A stretch of 64,000 nucleotides of DNA from Epiperipatus broadwayi (Eukaryota; Animalia; Onychophora). The stretch is from NCBI GenBank assembly GCA_028023455.1, contig JAQFVV010000008.1:13206001-13270000 (forward strand), read 5' to 3'. The notes beneath the pieces are model-generated. The model saw nothing but the letters and a program-made list of their open reading frames with translations. It was not told the origin of the DNA and did no database searches. Below, piece after piece: positions 12,681 to 25,692 of the stretch. Position numbers and translations under genes: made by a program. Each line of letters starts with the position of its first letter. Position 1 is the stretch's first letter.

Positions 12681-14060
12681 TTGAAAGTTTGTAATAAGGT
12701 GATCACTAAATGTGAATATTTTAACATCTATTCTTTGGCTAAAACCCCACCTAAAATATTAACTAATATAAAATTATATAAAATCAAATGCTCTTTACAC
12801 TTAATGATTGATTTGGGGAGAGCCTATTATTACAAAACTATGAAAATGATTAGCCAATGGCTCACTGAACAACTCAGTTTTGGCAGGTTTACTGTCAAAT
12901 CATTCTTTGAATATGTTAACAAAATTAAAAACCTAGATTGTCTCAAGTCATTGGACATTACAGGGCTATACGCTGCCATCCCATGAAAATTATCTATTCA
13001 AATTATTTAAAAGGCTTTGGTTAAAGATGAGTATAATGTTAAAAAAACTAATTCAATATTGAATGCCTGAATTTGCTCCCTGAAGACATTATTTTCTTAT
13101 CTAATGATATATAATATAAAATGGAAGAGGGGTGGCCTATGGGTCTCCCTATGAGTGGCATAATATCTAGTATCATACTAAATAAATTCGAAGAAGAGGT
13201 TTTACCTAAATATTTTAATGAAATCCTGTCCCTGCTATACATGTGATATGTTGATGATGTCCTTATTTGTACGACAGAGGTGCAAATTAAAGAAATACAG
13301 CAGGATCTTATACATATGTCTTCATTAAAGTGGATAATGGAAAATGAATATAATCTAAAAGGCATTAAGTACCAAGATTTATATATACATCACAAAACTA
13401 CCCAATTAAACTATAAAATGTTAGCTAAACCCATCCATGAGTGAGAAGTTATATGCCCTGAATCTTTAACACCTAAAGCTCATAAAATATTCAATCTCAA
13501 AGCATTTTTATATGGAAACCATAATCATTGTAAATTTGAATCTGATTTAAAAACTAACATTGAAACATATATCAAAGATTTACATAACATTGAATACAAA
13601 GATTCAGTTCTCATCCTAATCATCAAAAGATTTTATATTAAAATTAGAAATAAACCTATTCAAGCCAATGACAAATGCTGGATATCACTTACATATATAG
13701 CTGGTGCTGCCCATTAGATAAATAAAATCTGTGCTGAAACATACCATGTTGGCCTTCACACTCTTCTTGCCTGGAATTACCTAATTAACAATACTAAAAA
13801 TAAGGTCAAATCCCAAATGGTGTACAAAATTGGATGCAACAACATAAATTGCCATAAAGTTTATTATGGAGAATCGTGGGATTTTATCTACAAGAGTTAC
13901 ATAACACGGATACCAATATAATTGACTTAAGATGAACATGGTTATATCTATTTTTTTTTAGCACAAGTCTAAGCTTAACCACAGCTTTGAGCCTTCATCT
14001 GCTAGCATTGTCTGCTCTCAAGGAAACACTTCTAAATGTAAAGTTAGAGGCATGGCATAC
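12681..14060 (+). pseudogene. Decayed PLE reverse transcriptase + GIY-YIG endonuclease
   Basis: Motifs FTVKSFFEYVNKI, SLDITGLYAAIP, GWPMGLPMSGIISSIIL, YVDDVLI, then VYKIGCNNINCHKVYYGES (GIY-YIG) and NHSFE. Multiple stops and frameshifts. Confidence 0.85.
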
Positions 14061-14188
14061 TGCTAACAACATACACACAATAGATGAAAAAGAATCCTGC
14101 ATCCCCTTTTTAAAACCTTTAAACAATTTTATACAATCTCCTATCTTGTTTATTCCTTGATAAATGTCACAAGTTCATCAGACAACTA

Positions 14189-14233
14189 TTGCTATGAATA
14201 TGCCTATGAGATAGTTGAAAGCATGCTAAGCAA
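14189..14233 (+). ncRNA. Minimal type I hammerhead motif, AUGAAUA core (copy C; GAAA intact)
   Basis: UUGCU AUGAAUA U GCCUAU GAG AUAGUU GAA A GCAUGC U A AGCAA. Perfect 5-bp stem I, CUA cleavage triplet, palindromic stem III, located just 3' of the PLE ORF as expected. Confidence 0.75.
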
Positions 14234-16624
14234 ATCATGTTGTTAGGATTAAATAAAACTTTTCTCTATATACATTTTGTATATATTTATTTTTGAATTA
14301 AATTGTTCTGAAAAAAGTTTATTAAAATTTTGAAGTTACATAGTAAGTTATGAAACTTCTTTTTGTAAATGGTATATCAGAACATCTCATTGTTTTTAGA
14401 AACAGACTAGAGAGAAATGGATCTGCATATATTAATCCTAACTATGCAACTATCATGAATTAGACCATATTGGATGAAGATAAGTATGGATTAAGGATTA
14501 GTTTAATAAATAATATTTGTATATATCAATCCTATTAATATAATCATAAGTGATGGAAATAGATAATGGAAATGACAATTTTATGTAATGAGTTAGTTAA
14601 TATTTTAAATTCTTATTCAATACTTTTATTGAAGTTGGAAAATTGTTTTGTTTGTTTGTTAACTTTTGATTTTTTTCAAGTTAGAATGAAATTTTAAAAT
14701 TGGGGTTTAATATTGTTAAATGTAATAGAATTGCTTGAAAATTAATATATAACTAAGTTATGCCAGCCTAATCTATTTGAAACAATCTTTTTAATGTGTC
14801 AAGAAATTTGTTAGATATAAAACAGAGGGTGAAAATATATTGAAAAAAAAAAAAAGAAATATATTAAAAATATTCAATAATTTTACATATTGCAGTAAAC
14901 AATTATTTTTAGTGTTTGAAATAATGCTTATAAGGGGGTACTTTCAATTTATTTATTTTTTAAATATTTTTTGACAATTTTAAACTCTTAATGTATATAT
15001 TATATTTGTTTCAAAATTAAAATAAAATCTATCAAACAACTTTAAATAGAAAACTTAGTTACTGATTTGTTATACACATATAATTACTTACACATACTAT
15101 ATATATATTAAAAGTATATATATATATATATTAACTTACTGCAGATGGCTTATTTACATTATATGAGTAATATTCATTTTAAATAAATTAAGTGAAGTTC
15201 GTTTACAATATATACACATGTATTATTATATACACATACTAAATATGACATATAATAAGGTATACACCTTTTAACTTATAGCAGATATATCTAGTTATAT
15301 ATATATCAATTATAAATGCCCAGTCAATTTAAAGTACAATATAGTTTTACATTGACATTTACTGTGCTATTACTAAAAACTTAAAAATAATATAGTTAAA
15401 TTTTTTTAATATTAAATGCTTTTATTGACTGTGCACTAAAATAAAATAAAAATTTTATTTCTATTATTTTGTAAGTAATTTTATAGTTTTTGTTAAAATA
15501 TATAAATGTAACTTTTAGAGATTTTTTAAATAAAATTTCTTTAAATTAAATGTTCTTCTAGAATCTTTATTCTGAGATTAAAAGTTGGAAAAAGTTTATA
15601 GTATTTGAATCTTCCAGGATTTTTTTATTTTTTTGTCTTTTGAAAAAAATAAATTGAAAGCATTGATAATATACACTTTGTTATTGTATTCATTTAATCT
15701 TTCTTTTCTTTGTCAACTTAGAAATACACATATACCCTAAGAAATTTTGCAAAAAAATTATGTTTATGTAACACATTGAGGCTATCTTAAATCCTACATA
15801 TATGTCTTTGGTGTCATTCGTTTCCATTTTTATCCAACTTTAATGTAATACTGTTGGAATTTCAAAAACATCCTATATACATTGTAATAAATATGTAAAA
15901 TATATATTACATAAAAATATTTTTAAAAAATGCATATTTTTTTAAATAAAAAGGGCTATCTAATGTAAATCATTTAAATACTCATTACATAGTAATTAGA
16001 GAAGGAAGGCAATTTTGACATACAGAACAAAAGACTGCCTATAGAATTAAAAAAAAAAGAATAAAACTCCAGTCAAATTATATCAGACTTGCTTTAAAAT
16101 AATAATAAAAATAGAATAAAAAAACTATAATGATAATTTAATAGTTTAAATTAGGAAATTGCTTATCTTTTCTTTTAACAACTACAAATTCTAAAATGTT
16201 ATCTTTAAAAGTACAAAATAAAAAAAAAACAAAGAGTGGCTTAAAATTATATTCATTAAACTAAAGTATTAGTTTGAAAAAAAGGGAATGGAATGTGAAG
16301 TAGTTTTTGTAAAAATTATTATAATTTTGTAAATTATTATCTAATCAAGAAGGGATTATATTGTTTTTACTGAAAATAAGTAAGCCATACAACTGATTAA
16401 ATAATTAATGTTATGATTAAAAAGAAGATTGATTAATTAATTAGAGAAAGAAAAAAGATTGAAACTGATTAACACTGGGGGATTTCTCAAAACAGTAGTT
16501 GGTCAAGGGTATATAAGCTAATAAATATTTATTAGTGTAGTTATTCAAATTATTCAGATTATTCAAGCTATTCTGTTGTTGTAATTTTGCAGCTGTATTG
16601 CTGAGTTTTGTGTCACCATTCTCC

Positions 16625-16765
16625 AGCATTCATCATTATTGTTTTTGATTTTTCTTCACTAAATTTAATCCCCATCTCTTTACCCTCCTTACACATGTCT
16701 TCGGTATAATTTCCATATCTTCCCTACTTTCTGTGCACAGGAAGATATTTTTCTGAATATTATAG
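16625..16765 (-). mobile_element. Short fragment of the same LINE family as 23.5-26.6 kb
   Basis: CTAAATTTAATCCCCATCTCTTTACC and TTCCCTACTTTC..TGCACA.GAAGATAT match 26257-26350. Encodes NIFLCTESRED...GKEMGIKFSEEK. Confidence 0.75.
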
Positions 16766-17139
16766 CACTGCCATCTGGTTTCCATGGATTACTCAGATTT
16801 GTAATACATGATTCTAGAATATCTATTTTATATAAAATAAAGTCTAATTCTTCAAGAATATTATCTATATATTTTGAATATGAAATATTATAAATAATTC
16901 ATTTAGCTTCATAAATAATAATTGAAATGTTTAAAGAATAAATCACATTTCTAGAGTCCAAACATATCTAAGTGAAGTTAATTTAATATTAACTAAAATT
17001 CATTTGTGCATTCATTGACAGACAGTTGAAAACAAATATGACTCTAAAATTAAATAGGTGAAAATAGAAATACATCAAATCAATGATAAAGTTATATTGA
17101 ATAATTCATTATATGTAAGATGTTCTAATAATAAATTAT

Positions 17140-17730
17140 TCAATAAAACTTCAACAATAATGAATAATATTTCTGTAGTATAATTTTCACTACATTACTC
17201 TCACACAAGATAGGGACAGATTTCTATCCACCTTTAACACTTTGTGGAGTGATACAATCATAAATATATGACCCAAGACATGAAAAAAAATGGTATAGTG
17301 AAAATTACACTACAGAAATATTATTCGTTATTAGATAATCTCTAGTGTAATAAAAGACTAATAAGAATTATTAATACTTCCATTTAAGTGGTTTGTGTCA
17401 AAGTTGTGAGGGCAATATGTTTGACACTTATCAATTAAACTGTAATAATTTCTATCTATGTAACTGAACAATGATAAATATATGTGTAAGAGGTTGTTGG
17501 CTGGGCCAACTGATGAGTGCTGGTTTAGCATGAAATATGCACATTGGAGATCATACATCCCTTTTACATATCTTTGGTCATATGTTTAAGATTACATCTC
17601 CCTACAAGTTGTTAAAGGCAGATAGAAAACAGCCTCCACCTTATGTAATAGTAGTATACTGAAAATTACACTATAAAGATATTAATGGCCAATCTCTAGA
17701 CTATAATAAAAATTATTAATAAAACTTCAT
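17140..17730. repeat. Degenerate nested inverted/direct repeats (old MITE-like cluster)
   Basis: 17215-17290 is an inverted repeat of ~17550-17620. TAGTGAAAATTACACTA recurs at ~17296 and ~17657 and inverted at ~17170-17195. Confidence 0.55.
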
Positions 17731-20699
17731 CATTGTTTTGATATATTTCTATATAAAATTCTTAGCTTGCTGAAGTGTTGCAGAGAAGAAAAGCTGGGAA
17801 TCTAAAGAAGTGAATTAAATTTGGAGAAATCTTTAGCCTGCAATATATTGATAATGTTTGAAAATTGTGATTATAATAATTTTATATATATAATATAAAT
17901 CCGGACTTCACTGTATAATGATAATAAAGGAAGTTTTTTAAAAAAGTATATTTTTGTACTACAAATTTGTATTCAATTAAAATTATCATTTATATAAGAT
18001 AACAACTAACCATTCTAACTTTTCCAAATTCATAAAAACATTTTCAATTGCTGTAGCATAGATAGAATAATATTAATTTGAATACTTATTATTTAAAGAC
18101 TTTTATTATTTAAACAAAATTTACTAACAAAGCATTAAATATTTATAAATTAATAAGCTTAATTGCAATGAGTTGTCTGTGCCATTTTTTTCTGTTCAGT
18201 ATAGTTTGCATTTATCATGAGAAGGTAAAAGACCTCTTGAAATCCAAAAAAAGCCCTAGCAGTTGGATTTTAAATTATAGTATTGTATCTGTATATATTA
18301 ATTTAAATAATCTTTATTTTAATATATCAATAATAAAGGTCATTTTAAAGAAATTAAAAAGTAAATTTGTTTTATTTTTAATATTGGAATTTGCATTCAT
18401 TTAAATTAAGATACATTCTAAAACAAATATTTCTCAAATTTTCTATTTTATTGATTTTTTTTTATAAAAAAAACTACAATTACTTTTCTTGAGATAAATC
18501 AACTCTTATTGGATATAAGATTGAATAAATAATTGGAAATGAAAGCATTGAGCACTAATAATAAGACTTCAACATAATTAGTGCCTAAAAATAGATTTTA
18601 ATCAAATTTGAATAAATGTCAGTTCCAGTATTCATGTGTAATGCATTTTTTACTATATCTGCCATTTTATATGGAAAAAATGACAAATCTTTCGAAGTAT
18701 ACATGAATTTCATCAATAACTTTCTTCAGAACTGTTTTGGAACTCTATCAATAATCCACATAAATATAACAGTCACCTGATTTATATAAATATTGTAATG
18801 GTGGCTGTCTCGATGTGGATATTTAGTATTATGGTTGCTTAATGTAAATTAACCTATTTCCTGCATAACTATACACTAAACAAAGCAGAATTAAAGGTAT
18901 AAACATCTTTTGATATATAACAAACATTTTATGATTTTTTCAGTTTATTTTTAATATATGCTTTCCCATTCTAGTCATCTACTATCCATGAATTAGCAAA
19001 CTTCAGAATAAATGTCTGCAGTCATGAATAAAATTGCTCTTTTTAGCATTGGAAATTCTACCTTTCACTCATTTTTGTATGATGTATCATCATATAAGTC
19101 TCTAGTGAAGACAAGATAAAACAAATTATATAGAAAAAAATAGATTTTTACATTAAGTTAACCATTTTCATCAGTAATGTAATGGATCTTTCTGATATCA
19201 TGATTGTGGCTTATCAATACATATTCTGTCCAACATAACTGAAAGAAAATCAGCTTAACTGAAACAAAAATAGATCTCACTATATTTTTAAATTATTAAT
19301 GGATAATAATTTTAAAAATATATGGATTATTTAACTAACCTATTAGAAAATTGTGGTTGGAAAGATTTTTAGAAATATAAATTAAAATAGACATCTGTTT
19401 TTTACAAATATTTATATTTCATTTTAAACTTCATAAGTTTTTGTGGTATAAAATATTAGTGATATTTTTTATATAGTCACACTATGCAGAAGTTAGTGAG
19501 TTGTATAAAATATAAGACATTTTTGAATAATGCTGTAAATTAATGCTTGTCAAGATGACATTAAAAAGAAATATATATATTTTATTGATTTATTAATATA
19601 TGGTATTTCATATTAAGGCAATGCTCAAATTATTCATGAAAAATTTCCATTCATTCTTTAGCTTTTTTTTTTGTTCCAAGTTGTTATGCTTTTTTTTTAA
19701 ACTTAAATAATTTAGACAACTTTTTAATTTCTATATTTTTCTTTGAAATAGTCAGTGGATAATGTACTAGAATACTTTTAAAAAGATAATGTAATTGTGA
19801 AATTAATTAAAAGTATTATCAAGTTATCACCTAAAACTAAAAAAAAATCTAACATTGCTAGAATAAGATAAATAGTTAAATAACTTTAAATAATCCACAG
19901 CAATATAAAGATATTTCTTGATTTCCTTTCCAAATAAGAATAATTAGATATCCAAATGTAAAACAACAATTGAATAGTTAGCTAACAAAAGGCCTAAGTT
20001 CTGGGTCATGGCATGGTAGTGAATGCTGTGATATAAGGCTCTACCATTTTTACATTAATTATAAATTTAACTAGTAATAAATTGCTTTTTTAAAAATAAA
20101 AAAAAGGCCCAATTTTTGCAGGTGAAAGTGATTTTTGGTTATAGATTAAATAATTTTATATGCTGATTTTTTTTTTTTTTAATTTCATGTAGCAAATAGG
20201 ATGTAATATATCATATAGATAAGCAAATAAACATTGCTTTATGTTAGAAGTTTTTAAATGATTTATTGTAAATAATTGTTCTATGTTTGGATATTTGTTG
20301 TCAAAATTTATTAATTTCTGTTCACATACATATATTGTAACCAGTTGGATTACATAACACACAATAATATAGTGTGTGTGCATAAATATATATAAAGTTG
20401 AAAGGAAAAGTAGAAATAAATACAGACATAAATTTTTGTAGATAATTTTCTATATTTCCTAAAAGAAAATAATAAGTAAAGGGTTAAATAACTCTGGGTT
20501 TAAAGTAAAATTTCAGTATGAAATAAGTATTTTAAAAAGGTCTGATAAATAATATTTGTAATTCTGATTTTGAAATTAAAAAAAAAAAGCATAATTTTTT
20601 AAAATTTTTTAATTAATACTTGTATAAAATATTTTTTTAAATTAATGCTTATTTGCATTTCTACTACCTAGTTAAAAATCTTTGTATATTAAAAATTCT

Positions 20700-21335
20700 A
20701 AAGGATTATCAGACCATTGGTCAAATTCCAACGATCAAAGTAAAAACACGAATATCACACTTTGACAGAAATTTCCAGCTTGTTTTTAAAAGGATTAGAC
20801 AGATTGAAAACGATCACTATGCCTATTATATCAGTCAGTCTGGATAATTAATTTTGTAAGGACAGGTCAACTGAAAAGTTGGTTACAATATATTGGTACA
20901 ACTTCATGAAGTTTGCAGTGGTTGGTTTTAGCTACCATGAACTGATATAACTGAAGGCAGGACAGTAGATTCAGGAACTGCTATTGTTTTCCTTTGCAGG
21001 AGTTTGAATTCACATGGAGAAAATGACCCACTTCTTTGTGCTGAAATTCATAGCCTTAAATATGGAGAGGACAGTTGCTTGCCTGAAATCTATCAAACCA
21101 AGACAGCTGCTTGCCTGAAATAATCCTAGACAGAAAGAGATCAACTACAGACCAACATTTTACGTGGATTATATTTTTTCCTGATGATGACAATTACTAA
21201 AACCAAACTCATCAAGAAAAATCTTCCAGCTTGCCCAGGGAATCCCAGTTGGCTGAAGAATTAATTATATGGATGCTACGTCAGATAAAGGCAGAGAAGC
21301 ACGGATAAACGTATATACAGCTGATGATGAGTAGT
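20700..21335 (+). mobile_element. Decayed 3' end of another PLE (Neptune-like GIY-YIG tail)
   Basis: LQYIGTTS*SLQ (YIG motif; TGA probably from CGA), then ELIIWMLRQIKAEKHG(I)N resembling the WI..L.T..P.GLN ending. Followed by CTGATGATGAGTAG, the 5' half of a hammerhead. Confidence 0.5.
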
Positions 21336-23489
21336 GTTATATATGATAAGGAAGTTTTAAATAATTTTCCTAGTAAAATGACATTTTTATAACTGATAGA
21401 AATATATAAAACGATATTAATTTAAAATCGTTTATTAATGAAGAAAAAACTGTTTAAAGTTATATTTATAATTTAGAGAAAAAAAGTAAAATAGTCAAGA
21501 AAAAGATTTCCAAAAATCTTTTAGACTAGGAAAAAGAAAGACATTTTAAATCAATCAACAATCATCTGTCAAAAATTTGATAGTACTTATTTTAAGGAAA
21601 AATGACTATTCAGCAAAGAGAATTAAATTGCGAGAATAATCTGTAATAATTTTATTGTGATAAATACTAATATTATGTAGATAAATTAATATATCGCACG
21701 TCTATGCAAATTATATATATATGCGTTTCAGTAAACCTACTATGTAAAATGTATATCATTTAACTGAAACTTTAATCATTATTGAGTTTTATGGCTTAAG
21801 ATTTTGATAATTATTTTGTAGCAAGTCAAATATGTTCAGAAATTTCAAGCACACACATGTATGTGTGCGTATATCTGTTAATTGTATTGCAAATACCAAT
21901 GCTTGACAATATAACACATATATAAAATTTAATCATTTTTTTTAATAATTATTTTATGTTTAATTGAAATGTTTTCATCATATACTATAAAACGCATGTC
22001 TGTGTACGGATATATGTATGCATTTATAGATACCCATTAAGAAATAATGCAATTAATGTAATAACTTGAATTTTGTAGTAATCATGTAATTTACAGTGTG
22101 ATGACTTTTATTATTGTGTATTATTCAAAATCAGAAACATCCGATAAGACCCTAAATATCATTTATTTGTTTTTGTTAATAATCCCCTACACTTAATAAT
22201 AAACTTGTATTTTAATTGTTAAAATTGTATTGCATCATCGCTTGATCACATACACTAATAGAGCTTGTGTTCTCTGAACTAGATTCGTAAATGGGGATGT
22301 ATATTAGTGCTTTTGGGGCATCCGGTGATGATCATTCATCATCCTGGTTGGCGCAAAAGAGAATACTCTTTAAAGCCCATGCACTATATTTTATTTTAGT
22401 TTAGTCTCATTAAAAATTTAAGTTTATAGTTGGCCAAAACAAGTGGTCAGAGCATTGATGATGATCAGCATGTTTTTGTATCCCAATATTATTGCTCAGA
22501 TTTTCTGATTATTATGTATTCTAATGGATTAGCACTTTAGTGGCGCATCCCAATTAATGATTAAACAATTGCCCCAAGCTGGCAAATGCTCAATAGTTAG
22601 CATGGTCTACAGAAGACCCATTTCCGGTCCAGTCACAAGGTTGACTGTTGATTTATATTTTTTATTGTTCAAATCCAGCCATAAGATGGACTGTTGATAT
22701 ATTGTACTGATTTATTTTATTCCCATCAATGATGATGATTTTCCATCACCCCAGTACCTTCCGTTCTCCTACCACACCATCCCATTACAATATATTATGT
22801 GATTACATTTTTGTTTTGCATAGTAATTTCATATATATATTTGAATGTTTCAAAAAATAAATCTAAATATTTATTTTTAGTTGAATTGTAATTAATCATT
22901 TCGTGTTCCAATAATTTTTTGTGTTTGCGTTAAATAAAAAAAATTAATATAGTAGAGAATCATCATTGTGATTGATTTTAAATAATTAATGTCACTAACT
23001 TTAAACAAAACAATTTTCCGTTTATTTTATGCTTGACTTATTTAATTTTTTTTAATTCTGCTCATAGTTTAGGCTCTAATTAATATCTTTACTTTTTGAA
23101 CAAGTACAAATGCTATATATATGCAACCAAATATTTGCTGGCATTCAAGTACAAATTTATATTCGTGTGTGTATATTTATATTTATAGATGTGTGTGCTA
23201 AAGTAAGAACATGTTTAAATATTAATATATACACCAAATCTAAATTTAATAAAAAAAATTAATATTCGAACTTAACATTTTAGACTAATAAAAAAAAATA
23301 TAGAAGTAAATTTTCAAAACTCTAAAAATATAATTTTTTTAACAATCTTCTATTTGTTATACTTCTTATTATAGAGACTAAACCAAACAATAAAATAAAG
23401 TTATCTAAAAAATGATCATAATATATATTTTGACATTAAATCAACTTAGCAATATATTTTTTCTACCCTATCACATCTCAAACCTTTAT

Positions 23490-24019
23490 GATTGAAAGCA
23501 TTTACTAAGATGCAATGTGATGTACTATGGCTTCTCCTTTATTGGAGTCAGGAATTTTTCAGCTATTATGCCCAGAGAAACGTGTTAGTCACCTTATCTT
23601 CCCTTTCCATTCTCCACTCTAAGTTTTTCCCATATTCTTCTCTATTCTGCTCTATCCCATTTCCACAACATTATCTACTCTATGGCTTTTATATCTAGAT
23701 CTCCCTTATCTTTTTTCCAAATCTAGCATAAAAACTAAGAACCCACTTTTTGTATCATTGCTTTGTTTATATTTATTCTCCCACAACTTCATTATTTGTA
23801 CCCTTTCTTCTTGTAAGCATTTACATTCAATTAACAGATGCCCAATATTTTCTATGCCTTCCTTATATAACTTGCAGATTAAATCACCCACATTTCTCCA
23901 TTTATGTGTATATTCCCTTCTTGCTAACAATCCTGTTCTAGCCTTAAATAGTAAACTACTGTTTTTGCTATTATCATAAATTAACTCATATCCAATATTC
24001 TGTTTGCTTGTATATATAT
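23490..24019 (-). mobile_element. 3' part of a decayed non-LTR retrotransposon (clade unassigned)
   Basis: YDNSKNSSLLFKARTGLL...CKLYKEGIENIGHLLIEC, a C-terminal CCHC-type region. Continuous with 25693-26580 once the LTR is removed. Confidence 0.85.
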
Positions 24020-25692
24020 TGTAACGGAAACCCGACGATCGAAAGCTTAAACTTCCCTTTTATATAGATATAATGGGGAATTCTTATAATTTAAGATCGC
24101 CCACTTTCCGCTACCGCAAGCAGAAAGAAAATATGGACATAAACAAGTCTATATCCATACTTGACCGAACTTGTATGCTATACGGGTATAGCCCCAAGTT
24201 ATATTTCCCGGTCAACTTTCTCCCGACTGCTGTAAGATTTAACAGAGTTACAGCGTTTGGATAATTATAAATTTAATGGGATCAAATACTGCACCACTAG
24301 CTTCACGTGTTAATTAAGTACTCAAATGAATAATAATTATTTTTCAAACCCTCAGATTATATTATTTTTGGAAGTGGCGAAGAAAGAGACGAAACAGGTT
24401 TTACATAAATAAAAGATTTTTAATACAATAAATTATAATAAAAGAAACACTCTAAATTATTAACTCTCAATATAAAAAAAAAAAACAGATTATGCTATAA
24501 TACTACAAAAAAAAAATACAATAGAAGATTCTATAAATGATTGCAATCTGTGAAATATTCAAAGAGTCTAATTAATATCTATCTCATTATATGTGGGATT
24601 GGCAATTGCATTAAACTTAAAGGGTATGTGCACATAAGTTATATAAAAGGTATTATTCATAATTACCTAGGTCATTAAGTCTTTGAATACACTTAGCATC
24701 TTGCTGACCGTCCCGTGGAATTTTTCCACTTCTTTAGTAGGGAACGGTCGTTCTTCAGTTAGATTTGATTGTTGGAACTCCTCCATATTGTGGGCATCAA
24801 GGCAAGGCAAAAACGAACCCCTCGGCAGGCGCTACGTCGGCAGTTGTTACATCGAGACGCGAACCATTATAGCACGGAAGTCTGGATCGATCGGCGATCG
24901 CGACTGGCCCTTAGCCACACATCCTCGAAGCTTCCCTTATGTTATAGTTTGTTTTCATGTTCCCAAAATTTAATTTTTCATGTCTGCTTTTTATCATCAG
25001 AGCAGTGTCCTCACTGAAGTCTCGACCAATACTGTTTTTCAATTAATTAATTAATGTCCTTTATTTTCCAAATTCCTTCCTTATCTTGATCTCCCACTGT
25101 ATTTTTTATTTCACACCTTTTTACTTTAACATGCTTTCAGCAACTTATACAAAATTACTTTCAATTTGATGCAATTTTATAATATAATATTTTTCATTTA
25201 TTTATCAATCATTTTCTTTAATAAAATTATTTCATTTTGACATGAAATAAACCGTACTCTCTTTATTCATACCTTCACATATGCATTTCATTTTTCGTCA
25301 AAATGTGTAGTTTTAAAAACAGATCTTTATCTTTCGTTCCATTCTAAATTTTACTTATATTTTATTTACACTCCCCAGCTATCGCTTTTTTTTATATCAT
25401 TAAGTTTCTATTTTATTTATATTTCATTTCTCATTTTTTTAATCGTACATTAAACACATGATATCGATATTTTAACCTTAACATTTCTATTCTTTCTAAA
25501 ATCTGAACTTTGAAGGGTAAAAGATGAGAATCGTTTCGATTCTAATTCCCTCTCTTTTTTACTTAAACATTTCTTTGTTTTGTAATTTTTTTTTTTTTTA
25601 AACTCACTTTTTTTATAACCCAAGCACAATATTTAACATTCTTTAAATGTTAAATATCTATATGTGTGACCGCAGTATGTGCGATCATTACA
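24020..25692. mobile_element. Solo LTR (1673 bp) inserted in the LINE
   Basis: TGTAA...TTACA termini; 4-bp TSD ATAT/ATAC (one mismatch). Host LINE reading frame resumes across it. No internal coding domains. TATATAAAA at ~24642 followed by a CpG-rich block at 24700-24930. Confidence 0.85.

Larger units (their letters stand above)
11272..14340 (+). mobile_element. Penelope-like element with two direct pseudo-LTRs (11272-11905 and ~13740-14340)
   Basis: Direct repeat of ~600 bp (e.g. CCAAATGGTGTACAAAATTGGATGCAAC at ~11351 and ~13813) flanking a decayed RT-GIY-YIG ORF. One hammerhead motif per repeat. Confidence 0.9.

Noticed and set aside
16441-16629. Q/N-rich 62-aa minus-strand ORF that looks protein-like
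   Set aside because: Starts inside a LINE fragment and has no splice acceptor; the NNL repeats come from a TGAATAAT tandem.
18600-19270. Several AG/GT-bounded minus-strand segments (e.g. LCWTEYVLISHNHDIRKIHYITDEN)
   Set aside because: They do not join into a convincing in-frame product and no homology was recognised.
22318-22350. GTGATGA resembling a snoRNA C box with a small hairpin
   Set aside because: No D box (CTGA) at a suitable distance and no terminal stem.
24683-25017. Two overlapping short ORFs in the GC-richer block
   Set aside because: They lie within the solo LTR; open frames are explained by locally higher GC.
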